Below are positions 58,930 through 64,000 of a stretch of 64,000 nucleotides of DNA, one piece after another. Position 1 is the first letter of the stretch. Each line of letters begins with the position of its first letter. Under the pieces are notes generated by a model. It ran no database searches. It was not told the origin of the DNA and worked only from the letters and a program-made list of their open reading frames with translations. A program made the position numbers and the translations under genes. Origin of the DNA: Opitutia bacterium (lineage in GTDB: Bacteria; Verrucomicrobiota; Verrucomicrobiia; Opitutales; Opitutaceae); the NCBI GenBank assembly GCA_947478395.1, contig CANJVR010000001.1:576001-640000 (forward strand). The letters are read 5' to 3'.

Positions 58930-60315
58930 TTACAGCAAGGTCCCGCGCATGATGACCAAAGCGACGGTGAAGTAGATGATCAGGCCGGTGACATCGACGA
59001 GGGTCGCAATGAAGGGCGCGCTCGACGTTGCCGGATCAAACCCGCAGCGCTTGATGACCAACGGCAACATCGAGCCCATCAGCGAACCCCACATCACGAT
59101 GCCCACGAGCGACACGCCGACCGTCGCGGCAACGAGGCCCCAGTGGTCGCCATAGGTATTAGGAAAAACATACGACCAAACCGAAATGCGCACGACGCCG
59201 ATCACACCGAGGATCAGGCCAAGCGCCAAGCCCGCCGCGAGTTCGCGCCGCATGATTCGCCACCAGTCCTTCAATTTGAATTCGCCCAGCGCCAGCGCGC
59301 GAATCACCAGCGTGGCCGCTTGCGAACCGGCATTGCCGCCCGAGCTCACGACCAGCGGCAGGAAAAGCGACAGGACAATGGCCTTGGCCAACTCGCCTTC
59401 GTAATATTTCAACGCGGTCGCCGTCAGCATTTCGCCGAGAAACAGGATCACGAGCCAGCTCGCGCGTTTCTTCACCATCTTGGAGAGCGCAATGGTCGTG
59501 TACGGTTCATCGAGCGCCTCGCTACCGCCTAGCTTCTGGATGTCCTCCGTCGCCTCTTCCTCCGCCACATCAAGCATGTCGTCGACCGTCACGATCCCGA
59601 TGATCTTTTTATTTTCGTCGACGACCGGCAGCGCCACCCGGTCGAATTTTCGAAACAGGCCGAGCGCCTTCTCGCGATCGTCCGTCGGCGCGAGCCAGGT
59701 GTAATTTCCATCGAGCAACGCTTTTACCGGCCGGTCCAACGGCGACAGCAAAAACCGCCGCACGCGGATGTCGTCCACGAGATGGCCGGCTTCATCGACG
59801 ACGTAGACCATGTTCAGCGTCTCGCGGTCGTAGCCGTGCTCGCGGATGTAATCGAGCGCTTCGCGCACCGACCACTCGGGGTGCACCGCCACGTAATCCA
59901 ACGTCATCATGCGGCCCACGCTGTGATCGGGATACGCCAGCAACGACTGCGCCACCTGCCGCTCGTTCGGCGAAAGCATGCCCAGCATCTGCATGGCGAC
60001 ATCGAGCGGAAGCTCGTTAAGAAACGTCGTGCGGTCGTCCGGCGGCAACGCATTCAACAGCGCAGCTGCCTGCTCCTGCGTCAGCACTTTGAGCAATTTC
60101 CGCTGCGCGTCCAACGCCATGTACGTAAACGTGGCGGCATCGAGTTCGCGCGAGCCCACCCGAAAAAGCGCGGCCAGTTCCTCGACGGGTAGCTCAGCGA
60201 TCAAAGGCGCCAGATCCGCGGGCAGCCACGGCTCCAGATATTTTTTCAATGCAGCCAGATCCTTGCGCGCGATCAGCACAGAGATATCGGCTTTGACGTT
60301 CGCTTGCGCGGGCAT
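58930..60315 (-). CDS. mgtE: Magnesium transporter MgtE
   Basis: CBS pair, GIVTVDD, SSGGNAGSQA and DPATSSAPFIATLVDVTG. Confidence 0.95.
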   Translation of the reverse strand: MPAQANVKADISVLIARKDLAALKKYLEPWLPADLAPLIAELPVEELAALFRVGSRELDAATFTYMALDAQRKLLKVLTQEQAAALLNALPPDDRTTFLNELPLDVAMQMLGMLSPNERQVAQSLLAYPDHSVGRMMTLDYVAVHPEWSVREALDYIREHGYDRETLNMVYVVDEAGHLVDDIRVRRFLLSPLDRPVKALLDGNYTWLAPTDDREKALGLFRKFDRVALPVVDENKKIIGIVTVDDMLDVAEEEATEDIQKLGGSEALDEPYTTIALSKMVKKRASWLVILFLGEMLTATALKYYEGELAKAIVLSLFLPLVVSSGGNAGSQAATLVIRALALGEFKLKDWWRIMRRELAAGLALGLILGVIGVVRISVWSYVFPNTYGDHWGLVAATVGVSLVGIVMWGSLMGSMLPLVIKRCGFDPATSSAPFIATLVDVTGLIIYFTVALVIMRGTLL

Positions 60316-60427
60316 GCGCCGAAGCAGACAGGCCCGCGCGCCGGTTTCAATCCCGCACCGCGGCGATCCGGAAACTGTCACGCGCTCGGGTATTATTTTT
60401 CCCGGCGGATTTTACGGAGGGTCTTTG

Positions 60428-60546
60428 GTGGGCGGGGTGCCCTCACCCCGCCAATGCTCTTTGGGAGCGCGGCCGCCCCCGGCCGCTTTCCGACCATGCG
60501 ACCGAGGGCGGCCGCGCTCCCAGCGGGGTGAGGGCACCCCGCCCGC
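60428..60546. repeat. Nested REP element (outer and inner inverted pairs)
   Basis: Outer GGGCGGGGTGCCCTCACCCCGC/GCGGGGTGAGGGCACCCCGCCC; inner GGGAGCGCGGCCGCCC...GGGCGGCCGCGCTCCC. Confidence 0.85.
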
Positions 60547-60599
60547 ATCGGGATCCAACGCAAAACCCAAAACTCGAAACTGCGCCGCCTGCCGCGGCG

Positions 60600-62426
60600 C
60601 TACATCCGGCAGATCAACAGTTCGCGCTCGTAAACCATTTCCTTCGGCAGGTGGGCGTGCAGATCGATGAACAGCTCCTCGTGGCCGAGCACCTCGGCGC
60701 GCCACGCGGATTTGTCGAAAGCCTGCAACTCGTCGAATTTTTCCTGCGGGAAATTAAGCCCCTCCCAGTCGATGTCCTGATAACGGGGCACCCAGCCGAT
60801 CGGGGTCTCTTTCGCCCGGCCGCCGGCCCGCACGCGATCGAAAATCCATTTGAGCACGCGCATATTTTCCGAAAAGCCCGGCCAGAGAAACTTGCCGTCC
60901 TTGTCCTTCCGAAACCAGTTCACGTGGAAAATCCGCGGCGTCTCCGTGAGCTTGCGCTGCATATTAATCCAGTGCCGGAAATAATCGCCCATGTTGTACC
61001 CGCAAAACGGGAGCATCGCCATCGGATCGCGGCGGACTTTGCCGATCGTTCCGGCCGCGGCCGCAGTCATCTCGGAGCCCATCGTCGCGCCGACGTATAC
61101 GCCGCTTGACCAGTTAAAGGCCTGGTAAACCAACGGCATTGTCGTGGCGCGGCGGCCGCCGAAAATAAACGCACTGATCGGTACGCCGTCCGGGCTTTCC
61201 CAGGCGGGATCGATCGTCGGACACTGGCTCGCCGGCGCGGTGAAGCGTGAGTTCGCATGCGCCGCCTTCACGCCTTTTTCCTGTGCGAGCTGGGGCGTCC
61301 AGTCCTGACCCTGCCAGTCGATCAAATGCGCGGGCGGCTCGTCGGTCATGCCCTCCCACCACACGCCGCCGTCATCGGTGAGCGCGACGTTTGTGAAAAT
61401 GGTATTCTTCGCGAGCGCCTTCATGGCGTTCGGGTTGGTGGTGTTGCTCGTGCCGGGCGCGACGCCGAAGAAACCCGCCTCGGGATTGATCGCGCGCAGC
61501 CGGCCGCTCGCGTCGGGTTTGATCCAGGCGATGTCGTCGCCGACCGTCCACACCTTCCAGCCCTGCTTCCGAAAATGCGCGGGCGGGATGATCATCGCAA
61601 AGTTCGTCTTGCCGCACGCGCTCGGAAATGCGGCCGCCACGTAGGTTTTCTTTCCCTGCGGATTCTCGACGCCGAGGATGAGCATGTGCTCAGCCATCCA
61701 GCCTTCGTCGCGCGCCATGGCGGAGGCGATGCGGAGGGCGAAACATTTTTTGCCGAGCAGCGCATTGCCACCGTAGCCCGAACCGTAACTCCAGATCTCG
61801 CGCGACTCGGGGAAGTGGACGATGTACTTCTCCTTGTTGCAGGGCCACGCCACATCGGCCTCGCCTTTTTTCAGCGGCGCGCCGACGGAGTGCAGACACG
61901 GGACGACGCGCTTGAAATCTTTGTCGATGAGTTGGAAGATTTTTTTCCCGATGCGCGCCATGATGCGCATGTTGACGACGACGTACGGCGAATCGGTGAG
62001 CTGCACGCCGATCTGCGACATCGGCGAACCGACCGGGCCCATGCTAAAGGGCAGCACATACATCGTCCGGCCTTTCATGCAGCCACTGAAAACGCCCTTC
62101 AGCGTTTTCCGCATTTCAAACGGATTGACCCAGTTATTGGTCGGACCCGCGGCTTCCTTAGAAAGCGAGCAGATGTAAGTGCGATCCTCGACGCGCGCGA
62201 CATCGCCGGCGTCGCTGCGCGCCAGATAACAGTTAGGCCACTTTTTCTGGTTCAGCTTGATGAACGTACCCGCGGCGACCAACTCCGCACAGAGGGCGTT
62301 GTTTTCCGCCGCAGAACCGTCGACCCAGTGCAGGGCATCGGGTTTGCAGAGGTCGACCATCTTGTCGACCCAACGCAGCAAATGCTTGTTGGTGCTGAGC
62401 GGCGTAGCAGGGTTACGCGATTTCAT
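60600..62426 (-). CDS. pckG: Phosphoenolpyruvate carboxykinase (GTP)
   Basis: [34 protein letters not shown] and [12 protein letters not shown]. Confidence 0.97.
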   Translation of the reverse strand: MKSRNPATPLSTNKHLLRWVDKMVDLCKPDALHWVDGSAAENNALCAELVAAGTFIKLNQKKWPNCYLARSDAGDVARVEDRTYICSLSKEAAGPTNNWVNPFEMRKTLKGVFSGCMKGRTMYVLPFSMGPVGSPMSQIGVQLTDSPYVVVNMRIMARIGKKIFQLIDKDFKRVVPCLHSVGAPLKKGEADVAWPCNKEKYIVHFPESREIWSYGSGYGGNALLGKKCFALRIASAMARDEGWMAEHMLILGVENPQGKKTYVAAAFPSACGKTNFAMIIPPAHFRKQGWKVWTVGDDIAWIKPDASGRLRAINPEAGFFGVAPGTSNTTNPNAMKALAKNTIFTNVALTDDGGVWWEGMTDEPPAHLIDWQGQDWTPQLAQEKGVKAAHANSRFTAPASQCPTIDPAWESPDGVPISAFIFGGRRATTMPLVYQAFNWSSGVYVGATMGSEMTAAAAGTIGKVRRDPMAMLPFCGYNMGDYFRHWINMQRKLTETPRIFHVNWFRKDKDGKFLWPGFSENMRVLKWIFDRVRAGGRAKETPIGWVPRYQDIDWEGLNFPQEKFDELQAFDKSAWRAEVLGHEELFIDLHAHLPKEMVYERELLICRM

Positions 62427-62658
62427 TGGGGTTAAGCTGAAAAGTCCTGCCGCCGAGTAAATAGTAAAGCCGGTGGCCGCGCGGGCGGGCCTTGAGGAAG
62501 TCAGAGGCTTCGAACGCGTCGCGAAGGTCGAGCGCCGATGAGTCGAGGATGGTGACCAGCAGGACTTTTCCCTGATCGAGGCGTTTGATATTCGAGCCGG
62601 TGACGGTGAAGGCTTCGAGCGCGACGGCTGCGGCGGTGATCAGGCGGAATGTTTTCGT
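62413..62658 (-). pseudogene. Relic of the 5' end of a TonB-dependent receptor gene
   Basis: Manual translation: (ACG)[56 protein letters not shown]..., i.e. TonB-box and plug-start motif with no ATG. Confidence 0.65.
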
Positions 62659-62683
62659 GGTGGGTGGAGGTAAGGGAAAGAGA

Positions 62684-63670
62684 TCAGTTTTTCGAACGGG
62701 CTGAGTTCGCCGCTGCGGCGCGCGTGTATTTTTCCAGGAAGGCCAATAGCGTCGGCCGAATATCGAACGGCAGCGGTTTTTTGTCCCAGCTCTCGAGATC
62801 GAACATGTGGCCGACGCCCTCCAGCAGGACGAGTTCGTGCGCGACGCCTTTCGCGCGCAGCGCGTTCGCGAGTTCGACCGCCTGGCCGTAGTTGACCGTC
62901 GGGTCGGAGAGCCCGTGCATAATCAGCGTCGGCGGTGAACCGGGCGCGACGTACGTCACGGGTGACGCCAATTTCCAGACCGCGGCGCCCTCGGCACGAG
63001 AAACGCCAATGACCTCGGGCGCGTGGCTGTCGTACAATTTTCCCGTCGGCGTTCCGTCCTCCGCGGCCTGCTGGCGCGTGAGAAGATTCGTCATGCCGTA
63101 GAAATCGACGACGGCGCACACCCGGCTCGACACGCCAGGATAGGGCGCGGCGGGCTCGAACTCCGGGCGATCAGAGTAAGCCGCCATCAGCGCCAGATGT
63201 CCGCCAGCCGACGTGCCCATCGCCACGATGCGCTCGGGATCGACACCGTACTTTGCCGCATTCTGCCGGATGAAACGCACCGCATTTTTGCAGTCCTGCA
63301 AGTTCTGGGGCCAAGCGTGGGCGCCGAGCACGTAGTTCACGGTCACAAAAACGTAGCCGGCCGCGGCGAGATTCGCACCGATGTTTTGTTCCCGCGGATC
63401 GGCCTTGTCGCCACGCACCCAACCGCCGCCGTGAAAATAAACCACGGCCGGCCGCAGGGGCGCCGTGCCGCGCGCCGCGGGTTGATAGATGTCCAGTTTT
63501 TCCGCGCGACCTTCGCCGAGATAGGCGACGTCGGCCACGAGTTCAACACCCGGGGCGCTCGCGGCCGACAACGCCGTGATGGCGTCGGTGAAAAACAGCG
63601 GGATGAGTGCGAGGCCGGTGCTCATTCGCCAGCGCCTACGGTTGCGGGAGGAACTTGTTGGAGTGATCAT
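62684..63670 (-). CDS. Alpha/beta hydrolase (HSL/BD-FAE-like esterase), probably secreted
   Basis: YFHGGGW, GTSAGG, HGLSDPTV and GVGH. Start uncertain (63670 or 63625). Confidence 0.9.
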   Translation of the reverse strand: MITPTSSSRNRRRWRMSTGLALIPLFFTDAITALSAASAPGVELVADVAYLGEGRAEKLDIYQPAARGTAPLRPAVVYFHGGGWVRGDKADPREQNIGANLAAAGYVFVTVNYVLGAHAWPQNLQDCKNAVRFIRQNAAKYGVDPERIVAMGTSAGGHLALMAAYSDRPEFEPAAPYPGVSSRVCAVVDFYGMTNLLTRQQAAEDGTPTGKLYDSHAPEVIGVSRAEGAAVWKLASPVTYVAPGSPPTLIMHGLSDPTVNYGQAVELANALRAKGVAHELVLLEGVGHMFDLESWDKKPLPFDIRPTLLAFLEKYTRAAAANSARSKN

Positions 63671-64000
63671 GAAAAACGAGATCGAAGTTGGACCAAGGGC
63701 GGGCCGGACGCGAGAGAATCGCGGCCGCTTGGAGGGCGTCGAACCGACCTTTCCATTTCGCGACCAATTGAAACAAAGCATCGGCGTTAGTCCCACACGG
63801 CCGACTTTTCTATCTCGCCGATTTCCGCGAGGCCGACGACCACCGCAGCAGAAATAATCGGGCCGATCCGTATCCCGAGCAATGTAACGAAGCCATCGCC
63901 GAACTCCGCAGTTTTGCGACCCTCCCATTCGATCCCAGTGCCAAACAAGGCTTCGTAGACGACTGCCGCGGCAACGCCCGGTTTCACCTCTGTATCGTCC

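Overview
High-GC bacterial chromosome segment. Gene content suggests Verrucomicrobiota, probably Opitutaceae (inferred from the TonB receptor style, DUF1592/DUF1552 genes, a standalone SWIB protein and the repeat types). The left half (1-31.7 kb) is an accessory-looking carbohydrate/ester utilisation region. It holds a TonB-dependent receptor, two DUF1592-type c-heme proteins, DUF1552, GH2, GH106, two paralogous SGNH sialate O-acetylesterases, a Tat-signal enolase-family dehydratase with DgoK, DUF885, several serine hydrolases and an ABC-2 exporter. tRNA-Gly(TCC) marks the change to core-like genes: a caa3-type cytochrome oxidase operon with ctaG, a sulfur cluster (Rrf2-YezD-porin-ABC-cysK), a PhnP-like hydrolase, an NAD-dependent ligase, fhs, SWIB, ABC exporters, mgtE and pckG. 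No CRISPR array, integrase, transposase or phage gene was recognised. The most notable observations are: a full-length LigA preceded by a signal-peptide-like extension; a DUF1592-hydrolase-DUF1552 cluster divergent from an unusual ABC-2 exporter; an EF-hand on the TonB receptor; a three-copy attC/MITE-like palindrome family; a candidate structured RNA beside the tRNA; in-frame heptamer insertions in genes; and a TonB-receptor gene relic. All family calls come from motif recognition by eye, not database searches.
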